This document shows positions 46,679 through 56,263 of a DNA stretch of 64,000 nt, one piece after another; the first letter of the stretch is position 1; each line of letters begins with the position of its first letter. The stretch comes from a virus. The notes beneath the pieces were generated by a model. That model was not told the origin of the DNA, did no database searches, and saw only the letters and a list, made by a program, of their open reading frames with translations. The position numbers and the translations under genes were made by a program. Location: positions 129,797 through 193,796 of the IMG/VR virus record IMGVR_UViG_3300022745_000628, one strand, 5' to 3'.

Positions 46679-46957
46679 ATGCGGAATCACATATTGCTAT
46701 TGCTAGCCATGTGCATCATTTTTTCAGGATGCGCAGTCTCTCGACCAAATAATCCCAATACATTTCGAGTTTCGCCGGAATCTCGATATGCTGTCTCGCC
46801 GCCAGCCGATGAGCTGGTTGTGAGAGTTTACAAAATTCCGGCGGTACCACGCTCTGAACTGGTCAGAGATTGGTTGGAAGTGCACAAGGCCGAACTTGTG
46901 CGTCTGGGCGTTTCTTTAGCAGTAGCCATAGCGCTACACGACAGGAGTACATTGTGA
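46679..46957 (+). CDS. putative lipoprotein
   Basis: GGAGG RBS; signal peptide MRNHILLLLAMCIIFSG-C (lipobox-like); hydrophobic C-terminus. Confidence 0.65.
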   Translation: MRNHILLLLAMCIIFSGCAVSRPNNPNTFRVSPESRYAVSPPADELVVRVYKIPAVPRSELVRDWLEVHKAELVRLGVSLAVAIALHDRSTL

Positions 46958-48054
46958 GAAACAAGCAACAGGGCAGTAACAAATCACCGCGCGGAAAAAC
47001 TGCTTACGCGCCGCGTACAGGAGTCTTGGACCGGCACGCGTCTTACGCGGCACGGGAAGGGGCTGTTATCGGTGAACACCCGTTGACAATCGCGCATGAG
47101 AAATTGGTCCGCCATATTTCGAAGCGAGTGAAGATTGCGATCAGTAGTCGCTACATCGTCATGTTTTGGCCGGAAACGCCAGTGGCGCCGTTCGGGACAA
47201 CTACCATGCAAGTGATCATTCCAGTGATCAGTGCAGACGGTTGGCTAACGTTCGTCGATCTTTTCGGTTTCCAAGCTACGCTCGGGAAAGACGGTCGCAT
47301 CAAGTACGTGTTGCGATTGGATCACGATTTGTGGCTGCGCCCAGCTCCTGGGGCTACACAACGGCAGCTGGATCCACGTGATCCGGCGAATGTCCCGCGA
47401 AACGCTGGCACGCGGACCTTCGCCAAACAAAACTGGGTGATACGCGCCCTGGTTACGTGGAAACAGTTGATTGACACCGTCGACCTGCCGGATCTCGAGT
47501 TGCCTGTGCAGCTAGAGTTGCCGAAAGTATGTGTCGGTTTTCCGGAGTGTCCAGACGCTCCTAAAGTGGACGAGTTGTCGCAATACGGTCGAGAGATCTT
47601 TGGCGATAACGGAGAAAGAATGTTTGATCCAGACACGGGCTGGCATACAAAATTTCTTCAGCCCACAGATCCGTTGAACACTTCCGGAAAATGGCTGGTA
47701 GAGGCCGGGATCTACAAGCAATTGCCAGAACAACCGCTGTTCGAGTATTTCGATACCAGGTTTATCGAATACCGCAGCGATAGTGCTCAGCAAGCAGCAA
47801 ACGACGCCGATTCGCAAGAATCGGAAGAATCGGAAGAATCGGAAGAATCGCAAGACCCGCGTGGGTTACTGTATGCGAACGGCGCGCCTAATTGGCAACC
47901 TGTGCCGCAGATCCTGTATATGGACGTGCCGCGAGAATCCTTGCAGCACAATGTCCAGAACGGAGGGTTTGCGGTGGAGCTGGATTTGCGATATGGCGCA
48001 AAGCCAGATATTAATAAGCAGCAGCTAAGTACGCTGTTTGGCATTCAACTGTAG
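46954..48054 (+). CDS. hypothetical protein
   Basis: GTGA overlap after AGGAG; contains an SEE repeat. Confidence 0.7.
   Translation: MRNKQQGSNKSPRGKTAYAPRTGVLDRHASYAAREGAVIGEHPLTIAHEKLVRHISKRVKIAISSRYIVMFWPETPVAPFGTTTMQVIIPVISADGWLTFVDLFGFQATLGKDGRIKYVLRLDHDLWLRPAPGATQRQLDPRDPANVPRNAGTRTFAKQNWVIRALVTWKQLIDTVDLPDLELPVQLELPKVCVGFPECPDAPKVDELSQYGREIFGDNGERMFDPDTGWHTKFLQPTDPLNTSGKWLVEAGIYKQLPEQPLFEYFDTRFIEYRSDSAQQAANDADSQESEESEESEESQDPRGLLYANGAPNWQPVPQILYMDVPRESLQHNVQNGGFAVELDLRYGAKPDINKQQLSTLFGIQL
47816..47850 (+). repeat. 9-bp in-frame tandem repeat (AAGAATCGG, 3 full copies plus 8/9 of a fourth)
   Basis: Encodes EESEESEES. Confidence 0.9.
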
Positions 48055-48087
48055 ATTTTCAGCAAAATTTTGGGCCTTTTGTGACCC

Positions 48088-48147
48088 AACTGCGTAGGTC
48101 CGTAAGATTTTGGTATAAAGTATCAGAATCTTTACGGACCCGCAGTT
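48088..48147 (+). other. long imperfect intergenic hairpin (26 bp, two G.U pairs)
   Basis: AACTGCG-TA-GGTCCGTAA-GATTTTGGTA / TATCAGAATC-T-TTACGGACC-CGCAGTT, followed by Ts. Confidence 0.7.
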
Positions 48148-48166
48148 TTTGTTATCTATTGAGATC

Positions 48167-48880
48167 ATGGCTGAACCAGTACACGACATAGTTGATAATT
48201 ACATGACCTTAGACAATATGCCTGCTGAAAAGCTCGCGATCTATGGTACCGTCATGGACGGAAGCACTTCGCTTATTCCAACCGGTAATGAGAAAGGTGG
48301 GAACGCCGCTTATTCCAGTGATTCTTATCTAGATGAGGTGTGGACTGTTAATCCGGGTATGCCGGGCAGTTATCAATATTCGCCGCGAGCACAAATGCAG
48401 CAAAACAATATTCAAAAGCACGCAAACGAAGGGAGAGTCCTGAACACAGATTCTGCACTATTTGGAGATGATCGCAGTATGCCTAGTCAACAAGCGCACG
48501 CAACATCGTTACGAGCTCAAATGCAGCGATCTAGCGAACCGCCAAAAATCAAAAGACCGTCTACTCCGCAAATCGCGGTATTGTGGGAAACGCAAAGCGG
48601 CGAACAAATTAGCGCGGTGTACACCGATATCGTGGAAGCTGAAGATTCGTTGGTTTTGGTGGCGGCCGATGATTTGGCGACAAGATTCTTCCCAAAAAAT
48701 TGCTCGGCAGAGTATGCCGCACAGATTTCATGGGCGAATGGCACTGTGTTATACTCAGTTGTACCGCTGGGCATTGTTTTTACGTATCAAACAAAGCAAT
48801 TTTGCGCGTTACGGGTTACGCGGCGTGTAACCAGCGATGGCGCTGGACAAGTCGAAAACGCAGACTCCGACGAAGATTAA
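48167..48880 (+). CDS. hypothetical protein
   Basis: ATG at 48167, immediately after the hairpin. Confidence 0.7.
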   Translation: MAEPVHDIVDNYMTLDNMPAEKLAIYGTVMDGSTSLIPTGNEKGGNAAYSSDSYLDEVWTVNPGMPGSYQYSPRAQMQQNNIQKHANEGRVLNTDSALFGDDRSMPSQQAHATSLRAQMQRSSEPPKIKRPSTPQIAVLWETQSGEQISAVYTDIVEAEDSLVLVAADDLATRFFPKNCSAEYAAQISWANGTVLYSVVPLGIVFTYQTKQFCALRVTRRVTSDGAGQVENADSDED

Positions 48881-48885
48881 CAATC

Positions 48886-49068
48886 ATGGAAAAATACGGA
48901 AATATCACAAAAAACACCCCTGATCATGAAGTTTGCGGGTGTAAAGGCAGTTGCCAGGGCAAATCAGCTGCTGACAACACTAAAGAAGTGATTCTGCAGT
49001 TAGACAACGATTTGACAGCAAAATTGGCTAACGCCGCGAAAGCCGCAACAGACTCCCCTAAGAAATAA
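48886..49068 (+). CDS. small hypothetical protein preceding the portal gene
   Basis: MEKYG...CGCKGSC...LTAKLANAAKAA; 60 aa. Confidence 0.55.
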   Translation: MEKYGNITKNTPDHEVCGCKGSCQGKSAADNTKEVILQLDNDLTAKLANAAKAATDSPKK

Positions 49069-49111
49069 TAGGGTCGAGCACGTAACGGTAAATTAATTAA
49101 GCGGGACGCTA

Positions 49112-51013
49112 ATGACTGGTAATCCATTACAACATACTCGAGCATCAGCGCAATTTCCCGATCCGTTTATGGATATGGCTTCAACAGCCATGCCGAAGGA
49201 TATCAAGGAAGCGCTACGATGGTGCCAGTTTATAGTTTCTAAGAACGGCACATACCGAGAAGCCTTGCGGCGCGTTGTAAGCTACTTTCTTACTGATATT
49301 GAAATATCGGCTAAGTCGTCTAGCGACAGTGCAAGCGGTGACTTGAGTGACGCTGAAAAGCAGAAGTACCGAGAATTTCTAAATGATACGCTTGGCGTTA
49401 AGACACATTTAGCGGCTATCGCTATGGATTACATGGTGTACGGCAATTCGTTCACCAGCTTGATAATCCCATTCCGCCGCAGTCTAGGCTGTCCAAAGTG
49501 CGGGCGAGAAGCACCTATTAAAGAGGTGTACGAGAATAAGTTATTCAACTTTAAATGGGAAAATTTCAAATTTCACGCCACATGTCCGCGGTGCAATTAC
49601 ACCGGGGAATTTCGGCGCATGGATCGAAAATCTAACGAACCAGAACGCATCCGCATCAAACGGTGGTCTCCTCTAGAACTGGATTTGATACATGATTACT
49701 ATAGCGATACTTGTAAGTATATTTGGCGTATTCCGCCGACCTATAAACAAGATATTCGCCGAGGCGAGCTCTTTCATTTGCAAGATGTTCCGTGGGAAAT
49801 CGTACGCACGGTAGCGCAGGACAAGCTGTTCGAATTCTCTTCGGATGCCATGCATCATATGAAAGAAGAGGCTTTGGCCGGACTTGTACACCGCGGTTAT
49901 GGAATATCTCGAGTATTGGCTAACCTGCCGCAAGCGTGGTATTGCCAAATTTTGCATAGATACAACGAAGCCATTGCGATGGACTTTATCGTACCGCACC
50001 GTGTAATTAGTCCAGCAACCAGAAGTGGAGCTAGTGCAGAGTCGTCCGATCCGTTAACGTCCATGTACATGGGAGATTTCGTATCGCAAGTGCACAGCAT
50101 GTTGAGAGATCATCGCGAAGATCCTACCAATATCAGTGCGTTCCCGTTCCCGATCAATTACCAGATGCTTGGCGGAGAAGCTAATCAGCTGGCGCCGCAT
50201 GAATTGATTAATCAAGGCCTGAAAACATTGCTGGACGCCATCGGCGTACCTATGGAGTTGTATTCTGGAACGCTGACTGCGCAAAGCGCGCCGTCCAGCC
50301 TAAGATTGTTTGAAGCCAACTGGTCGCATTTGGTACATCAGTTAAATAGATTTTTACAGTATGTTGTCGATACTGTATCTAAAGTCATGAGCTGGGAGCC
50401 AGTTGTTTGTCGCCTCACCAGAGTCACGCATGCGGACGATCTAAACCGACAAATGGCGAAACTGCAACTTATGCAAGCAGGTCAAATTAGCAAGTCGACT
50501 GGACTGGCTAGCATCGGTCTGCAGCATAATGACGAATCTCGAATAATGATGGACGAAGACAAAGAAGACGCCAAATTACAAGAGCGTATGAAGAACGAGA
50601 TGGAGCAAGATGAGGCTCTATCGTCTTATATCAAAAACAATGCTCAGGCGGCAGCGCAAAACGGCGCCGGCGGACAAGCAGCAGGCGGAGGTGCAGCACC
50701 AGCGGCTGCAGCATCGCCTATGGCTGCCGCTAGCGGTACGTCTCCTGCGTCAACTATGTTTGCGGCTGGGCAAAAACTCATTCCAAATGCTCCCACTACC
50801 GTTGAAGAATTAGACGGCATAGCCCAATCTTTAGCTCAACAAGCTATGCAAATGCCCTCGCGCAGCCAGCGCGTTTCGTTTATGATGCAGTTGCGTAAAG
50901 AAAACCCGACTATCCATTCCTTGGTAAAATCCAAGATTGACGATGTAGAGCGACAAGCCGCATTGCAAGGAAGGGACATGGTTTTACAGCAACAATTTGG
51001 GCAACAGCAGTAG
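49112..51013 (+). CDS. probable portal protein with Zn-ribbon insertion
   Basis: 633 aa; DYMVYGNSF portal-like motif, RGYGISRV, CPKC/CPRC insert, Q/A-rich C-terminus. Confidence 0.6.
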   Translation: MTGNPLQHTRASAQFPDPFMDMASTAMPKDIKEALRWCQFIVSKNGTYREALRRVVSYFLTDIEISAKSSSDSASGDLSDAEKQKYREFLNDTLGVKTHLAAIAMDYMVYGNSFTSLIIPFRRSLGCPKCGREAPIKEVYENKLFNFKWENFKFHATCPRCNYTGEFRRMDRKSNEPERIRIKRWSPLELDLIHDYYSDTCKYIWRIPPTYKQDIRRGELFHLQDVPWEIVRTVAQDKLFEFSSDAMHHMKEEALAGLVHRGYGISRVLANLPQAWYCQILHRYNEAIAMDFIVPHRVISPATRSGASAESSDPLTSMYMGDFVSQVHSMLRDHREDPTNISAFPFPINYQMLGGEANQLAPHELINQGLKTLLDAIGVPMELYSGTLTAQSAPSSLRLFEANWSHLVHQLNRFLQYVVDTVSKVMSWEPVVCRLTRVTHADDLNRQMAKLQLMQAGQISKSTGLASIGLQHNDESRIMMDEDKEDAKLQERMKNEMEQDEALSSYIKNNAQAAAQNGAGGQAAGGGAAPAAAASPMAAASGTSPASTMFAAGQKLIPNAPTTVEELDGIAQSLAQQAMQMPSRSQRVSFMMQLRKENPTIHSLVKSKIDDVERQAALQGRDMVLQQQFGQQQ

Positions 51014-51021
51014 GAATTAAA

Positions 51022-51468
51022 ATGAGCGCAGAGTTTAGAAAACGATTGGCAGATCGAGAAGCTGCCGAAACACAGAGTGAACAACCAGCAGTGGTAACGC
51101 CAGAAGTGGTAGCGCCACCTGAACCAGTAGTACCGCCGGCTCCGGTGGTTACGCCAGCTGCAAAAGTAGAAACACAGCTGGTAGCGGAATGGAAAGAGCT
51201 CGATGCGGATGCCGCGTTAGCGGTAGCTATGTCAGCCGATGCCGATACATACGCCGCGTTTATGGAAGATTTGGCGAAGCATCAGCCAGATGTGCACGCA
51301 CAGGTTGTCGCGGCTATCCTTGGACAGTCCGAAAACAAAGACGCTACACCTGCGGCCGGAGCGGATATTACACCTGCCGCAACAGAGCATGCAGATGTGG
51401 CGCATCACGAAAGTGTTGAAGCCGCAAAAGTGCCGCACAAAGCTACTCGAAAAAAGAAGCAAGTGTGA
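51022..51468 (+). CDS. Ala/Pro/Glu-rich hypothetical protein
   Basis: AGGA RBS; 148 aa. Confidence 0.7.
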   Translation: MSAEFRKRLADREAAETQSEQPAVVTPEVVAPPEPVVPPAPVVTPAAKVETQLVAEWKELDADAALAVAMSADADTYAAFMEDLAKHQPDVHAQVVAAILGQSENKDATPAAGADITPAATEHADVAHHESVEAAKVPHKATRKKKQV

Positions 51469-51740
51469 TGGACCACGCATTTTTAGCGGAAAGTTTAGAA
51501 GCAGCTGCCGAGGCTGCGCAAGTAAGCGCGAAAGATCTTACTGCCGTACAGTTTCTCGGATATTTAGAGAATTTGTACGTTCAGGATCCTATTGCAGACT
51601 TTTCTGTAATTGACGGAGAGCTGTATCACGCTAGCGGGCGAGTTGTAAAAACACCGCGATACCAACCCGATCTTGTCATGTCTCCGTCTGAGAACGTGGC
51701 AATAAATGTATTTCCGCCAACGAAAGGACCAGGCGTCTAA
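51465..51740 (+). CDS. hypothetical protein
   Basis: 91 aa with overlapping junctions. Confidence 0.65.
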   Translation: MMDHAFLAESLEAAAEAAQVSAKDLTAVQFLGYLENLYVQDPIADFSVIDGELYHASGRVVKTPRYQPDLVMSPSENVAINVFPPTKGPGV

Positions 51741-52132
51741 TGCTGTTAGATTATTTGAAAAATTTGGTGGCTAAAGAGGTAATCCGCAAATCGCCAACGG
51801 AGTTAGTACGCAATGGCGACGAACCAGGTTGTTTCATGGTGCGCGAATCCGCACAAGCGGAATTCAAATGCGTGCGGTTAAAAGTTTGCACGGAATGCTG
51901 TAAAACATCACCGGAGCCGACATGCTGCAAGCAGACATGCGGTACTTCTGCACCAACTGTAGTTGAAGTTCCGGCAGCTATGCCGGAAGCGGCACCAGTG
52001 CCGGAAGTCGTAGAAGCTATTAGCGCTACGCCTGCTGTATCAGATGAGCCCGAAGACAAACCAGTCTTGGCGACAGAAGAAGCAGATTCTGACGACAAGG
52101 CTGTAAAATCCAAGCGCTCTCGTAAGCACTAG
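51740..52132 (+). CDS. hypothetical protein with Cys cluster and acidic tail
   Basis: TAATG overlap; CTECC...TCC. Confidence 0.65.
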   Translation: MLLDYLKNLVAKEVIRKSPTELVRNGDEPGCFMVRESAQAEFKCVRLKVCTECCKTSPEPTCCKQTCGTSAPTVVEVPAAMPEAAPVPEVVEAISATPAVSDEPEDKPVLATEEADSDDKAVKSKRSRKH

Positions 52133-52159
52133 GCAGCGTTTTTGTTGACCGATTAAAAT

Positions 52160-52186
52160 AAAGAGGCGGCGCTACCGCCTCTTTTT
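52160..52186 (+). terminator. intrinsic terminator
   Basis: AAAGAGGCGG/CCGCCTCTTT stem followed by Ts. Confidence 0.8.
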
Positions 52187-52247
52187 GTTTTCATACCTGG
52201 AAATAAACAGCGGTAATTTTATTTGCAATAGAACTGTAGTGGTGATT

Positions 52248-52640
52248 ATGAAACCTAACATCAAACTTTTTAGAGATGCGTTATCTTCGCGGATCCAATA
52301 CCACGATTCAATGCTACGTATTGAAAAATTGGGTATAGATCAAGCGATATTGAAGCAATCTCAAGCCGGTTTGACGTTAGCGCAGGGTAATCTCGCGCCA
52401 GCACCAATGCAAAATACCGCGTTTCCGCATCGTATGTTGACTACGAGGCAGAAACTAATCGGAGCCGATGGCGGGATTCATAACCCGCCAGGAGCAGCAG
52501 GTAAAACTCCGGCGTTGCCGGGGCAACCAGGTCATGCTGCAACAAATGTAATCGATAGGCTCGGTGGGTTGGACCCTCAGGGTATGACTATCGATGGTAA
52601 TAATGCGGCCGGACTGCGTAAGTCTGCGCCGATTGGTTGA
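52248..52640 (+). CDS. hypothetical protein
   Basis: ATG at 52248 after GGTG. Confidence 0.65.
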   Translation: MKPNIKLFRDALSSRIQYHDSMLRIEKLGIDQAILKQSQAGLTLAQGNLAPAPMQNTAFPHRMLTTRQKLIGADGGIHNPPGAAGKTPALPGQPGHAATNVIDRLGGLDPQGMTIDGNNAAGLRKSAPIG

Positions 52641-52653
52641 TTTTTAGGAGTGT

Positions 52654-52950
52654 GTGATGAAATTTGGACGACTGATCGTTGCTTTTGCAACAGCGCTCAT
52701 GGTTTTTGCATGTACCTCGTCGGCAGAAGCAGGTTGTCGCCGACCTATTTCAAAGATGCGGCACGCGGCAGCTTGTCGCGTAAGTGCTGCGCCAGTGCAA
52801 GCTTGTTCCCGACAATACGTCGGACATGTGATTGTTGACAAAGTGACCCACCCAGTGCGTACCGTTACAAATACTGTGCGTGCGACCGTGGTTAGCGGAC
52901 GCTCAATCATTTCCGGAGCGAAGTGCTCTTCCGGAGCTTGCGGGCTGTAA
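52654..52950 (+). CDS. small secreted Cys-containing protein
   Basis: AGGAG RBS; signal peptide ending AEA-G; ends CSSGACGL. Confidence 0.75.
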   Translation: MMKFGRLIVAFATALMVFACTSSAEAGCRRPISKMRHAAACRVSAAPVQACSRQYVGHVIVDKVTHPVRTVTNTVRATVVSGRSIISGAKCSSGACGL

Positions 52951-52961
52951 ATTGTATAAAA

Positions 52962-53002
52962 AGTGGCCTAGGGCGGTATTAATCCGTCCCTAGGCTATTT
53001 TT
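52962..53002 (+). terminator. intrinsic terminator
   Basis: GCCTAGGGCGG/CCGTCCCTAGGC stem followed by Ts. Confidence 0.75.
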
Positions 53003-53025
53003 ATTACAATTAAAGTTGTACGGGC

Positions 53026-53724
53026 GTGGTTACGACCCTAAACCTTGCCACATCGGTAAGGCAAAACCAGATGGCAATACTGCTTGTCGACATAGGTATA
53101 TTTAAAAAATCCATAAAATTCGAATCTGCCGCAAATTGCGGTACGGATCGAGTTTCTGAGTTTTTGTTTCGAATGTACGAATTCGTGGACGATGTTTATT
53201 GGCTAGTCGCAGCGGATTCTGACGCCGAACTAGATACGGCACTGCAAAAACGCACTAAACGCGAAATAGCCAGATGTGTAGGCGGTGAGCTGCTTATGCG
53301 TTCTATAGCGGACACAGCCACATTGTTACAGCCAATTGTATTGGCCGTATTAACTGAAGATGCCGAGGTTGCCATGGCTTGGAATGCTGTCGGCGTACCA
53401 ACCGTAGGCGCTCAAGATATTAACGAAATCGTTGATAAACTTGCGGCATTGACCGGGCGTAGAGAGCAAAATGTGCTGCAAACTGTTGATGATATCGAGA
53501 TCAGATATAACAGAAGTATCCCGCCGCAAGTGGGAAAATGCTATTTTCCCACACAGGAAATGCGCATAAAACACGAAAACAGAGCCCGTGAAGTGATCGG
53601 GTGCTATCAAAATCAAGTATTTTTTCGACATGTCGGGGATGACGGAAAACCGTTGTCGAACAAGAAGAAAATAGTTACGCAGCGCGCCTGGCAAGACTGG
53701 TTTTCGCGTTCTAAATCTAAGTAG
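53026..53724 (+). CDS. hypothetical protein
   Basis: 232 aa. Confidence 0.65.
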   Translation: MVTTLNLATSVRQNQMAILLVDIGIFKKSIKFESAANCGTDRVSEFLFRMYEFVDDVYWLVAADSDAELDTALQKRTKREIARCVGGELLMRSIADTATLLQPIVLAVLTEDAEVAMAWNAVGVPTVGAQDINEIVDKLAALTGRREQNVLQTVDDIEIRYNRSIPPQVGKCYFPTQEMRIKHENRAREVIGCYQNQVFFRHVGDDGKPLSNKKKIVTQRAWQDWFSRSKSK

Positions 53725-53753
53725 GCTTTGGCTAAATGGGCCGTTGGCTATAA

Positions 53754-54095
53754 TTGGTAGAGATATTGAATCTCTACGAATTTGGACAATCTATGGCTCA
53801 GCATCTCAAACTTGTGAAGTTGCTACGCAAAGCATACCCTACTTTAAAAGTAAGACTGGGGCGACCGACAATACGCCCCGAGTTTTTCGGAAAGTGCATA
53901 TGCCGTGGAAAAAACGATTTTTTGTTGCAATTAGATCGTTCTATAAATGGGCAAACGCTTACTGATACGATAATTCACGAATTCGCGCACTGCGCTGCGT
54001 GGGACGAATGGCAAAGTACTGGCGACCACGGACCGGTCTGGGGGCAACATTACGCTAAATGTTACAAAATTTGGGAACAAAATTTCACATCATGA
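53754..54095 (+). CDS. SprT-like zinc metallopeptidase
   Basis: TIIHEFAH plus downstream HGPVW; start may be the ATG at 53793. Confidence 0.75.
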   Translation: MVEILNLYEFGQSMAQHLKLVKLLRKAYPTLKVRLGRPTIRPEFFGKCICRGKNDFLLQLDRSINGQTLTDTIIHEFAHCAAWDEWQSTGDHGPVWGQHYAKCYKIWEQNFTS

Positions 54096-54110
54096 AGAAC
54101 AGAGGAGTTT

Positions 54111-54467
54111 GTGCGATTATTTACAGTCTCGAATACTCAGTTGAAGAGATTGCGTAGCGAGCCATATATTGTTGTGGCAGTACCTACGCTGCCGGCAGAA
54201 TCGTATAAGTTTGAACTGCCGGATGTTGAAAAGCAGGCAATGGAAAAAGTAGCCAGATCCGAGCCAATTAGTGTGTTTTGCCCTGGTGAGGGGCAAGGTT
54301 TGAGCGGCTTGGTAGGGATACTGAAACCAACAGATTCTAATAAGTTTGAAGTTGTTATTCTGTGTGATTTATTCGCCGTATTCACGCCAGAATTGAAACC
54401 GAGTATCAACTTCAACCTTATTTCTAAAAGTGGAATTGTTTGGGCTGCTTTGCAAAATAGTAATTGA
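54111..54467 (+). CDS. hypothetical protein
   Basis: GAGGAG RBS before GTG. Confidence 0.7.
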   Translation: MRLFTVSNTQLKRLRSEPYIVVAVPTLPAESYKFELPDVEKQAMEKVARSEPISVFCPGEGQGLSGLVGILKPTDSNKFEVVILCDLFAVFTPELKPSINFNLISKSGIVWAALQNSN

Positions 54468-54539
54468 CAGCCCTAGCGTCGGTGCAGTCGAGTGTTAAAA
54501 TGACCATGATAGTTTCATGGTTTTACATTCGAGGTAGAT

Positions 54540-55541
54540 ATGGCTATGCCCAAGGGAAAACTGCGTCAAGAAGCTGAAGCGCTCTGTAAGAAATATCCGG
54601 ACGCGCCGTCGCTTACCATGGCGAAACGGTTAGCGAAAGAGTTAGGCGTAGCGGTAGAAACAGCGCGAACAGCGGTACGAACCGTACGTGGTAACTCCGG
54701 AACAGTAAAACGAAAGAATGCAACGGTACCCAGAAAAAATGGAAAAGCCGGGGCGCCTAGACCGCAAATGCCGAAATCCAGGGTAGAGCCGTGGGCCCCG
54801 TTTGAATTAGACGGTGCTAAAAATGTAGGCGTGTTAAGCGATCTACATATTCCGTGGCATTCAGAGCTTGCACTTTCTAGTGCGGTGGATCATCTAAAAA
54901 AGCAAAATATCGACGCTCTCGTAATCAACGGCGATTACGGCGACTGGTACGGATTAAGCCGGTTTCTAAAGCATCCAAAAGATAGGGATGATTTGGACGA
55001 ATTGCGCGCGCAGCGCGAAGGTATCGCGTGGTTGCGAGATTCGTTTCCTAAAGCTCGCATCGTGTTTAAAGCCGGCAATCATGACGAGCGTTGGGATATT
55101 CATTGTTTTGAATCACATGCGCGATTAGCGTTAGAAGACGAAATGAGCTTGTCGCATTGGCTGCATTTCGATAAACACGGCGTGGAGTACGTAACTGATC
55201 AGCGTCCTGTGTTGGTCGGTAAATTAGCCATATTTCATGGGCACGAACTTGGCCGAGTTGGCGTAGCTAATCCAGTAAATCCAGCCCGTGGCGCATATTT
55301 GCGAGCACAGGATACAGTGCTAGTCGGGCATTCGCATCAAACATCTTCGCACGCCGACACTAGTTGGCGAAGAAAAGAAGTGATGGTGTGGTCGACTGGT
55401 TGTTTGTGTGAACTTAGCCCGCGATACGCTCGCGTAAATCGCTGGAACTGGGGGTTTGCGCAAGTAATGGTAGCTGCGGACTCTACATTCGACGTATTCA
55501 ATTATCGAATTGATTCCGGAGGAAAGGTCCGCCGAAGCTGA
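54540..55541 (+). CDS. calcineurin-like metallophosphoesterase with basic N-terminal domain
   Basis: SDLH, NGDYGD, GNHDER, FHGHE and GHSH motifs. Confidence 0.88.
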   Translation: MAMPKGKLRQEAEALCKKYPDAPSLTMAKRLAKELGVAVETARTAVRTVRGNSGTVKRKNATVPRKNGKAGAPRPQMPKSRVEPWAPFELDGAKNVGVLSDLHIPWHSELALSSAVDHLKKQNIDALVINGDYGDWYGLSRFLKHPKDRDDLDELRAQREGIAWLRDSFPKARIVFKAGNHDERWDIHCFESHARLALEDEMSLSHWLHFDKHGVEYVTDQRPVLVGKLAIFHGHELGRVGVANPVNPARGAYLRAQDTVLVGHSHQTSSHADTSWRRKEVMVWSTGCLCELSPRYARVNRWNWGFAQVMVAADSTFDVFNYRIDSGGKVRRS

Positions 55542-55550
55542 GGTGCGCAG

Positions 55551-55781
55551 GTGACACATCCAAGAACGAATAAAGTAATCGTGCTTTGTTCCGTAGCGCT
55601 ATTGTTGCTGATCATGGGCGGAGTTTTTATAAATTCCGCCGACAGCATGCGTATCGAGCATAATGCACGCGTCGGGTTAACGGATTGGTTTCAAATAGTC
55701 GGTATTCAGATGACAGCTTGTGCAACGATTGCAGCTGTATGCGCTGTAATAACTGTATTTCTGGATGACTGGGCTAGGTAG
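55551..55781 (+). CDS. small two-TM membrane protein
   Basis: GAGGTG RBS; two hydrophobic helices. Confidence 0.65.
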   Translation: MTHPRTNKVIVLCSVALLLLIMGGVFINSADSMRIEHNARVGLTDWFQIVGIQMTACATIAAVCAVITVFLDDWAR

Positions 55782-55879
55782 CGCAGTGTCGCCATTCTTG
55801 CATATATTGTGCGGCACGGTCATACCGGCAGTGTTAGCTTTAACTGCCATAGCTTTAGTTTTCTTGGACGATTAATCAA

Positions 55880-56254
55880 ATGACAAAGAGTATCAAAAAC
55901 GGTGTACAGGTAGAGTATTTACGCGGCACCGGGCCGGGCGGGCAGAATCGAAACAAGATTGAATCCGCTTGCCGGCTTACGGATATCGCCACTGGGATTC
56001 AAGCTTACGCAGACTGTCGTACGCAAGCCACCAGTTATAGAAAAGCTTTGGCGGAGCTGACAAATAGAATTGCGGAAAGCAAGTTGGCCAAGAAAGCGGC
56101 TGACAAAAAGAAGCATCGCGATGCTATTATTCATGACCACACGGTGGTGCGTACCTATAACTACAGTCGTGGGCAAGTGAAAGACCATCGAACTGATAAA
56201 ACAGCGAGCATTAAAGATATCGTGGAAAAGGGGAAACTGGATTTGTTGCGATGA
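55880..56254 (+). CDS. minimal GGQ peptidyl-tRNA hydrolase / release-factor-like protein
   Basis: RGTGPGGQNRNK...RTQ...RTYNYSRGQVKDHRT; 124 aa. Confidence 0.88.
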   Translation: MTKSIKNGVQVEYLRGTGPGGQNRNKIESACRLTDIATGIQAYADCRTQATSYRKALAELTNRIAESKLAKKAADKKKHRDAIIHDHTVVRTYNYSRGQVKDHRTDKTASIKDIVEKGKLDLLR

Positions 56255-56263
56255 GGCCATGCG

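Noticed and set aside
47816-47850. 9-bp repeat as a phase-variation switch
   Set aside because: The unit is a multiple of 3, so slippage only changes the length of an acidic linker.
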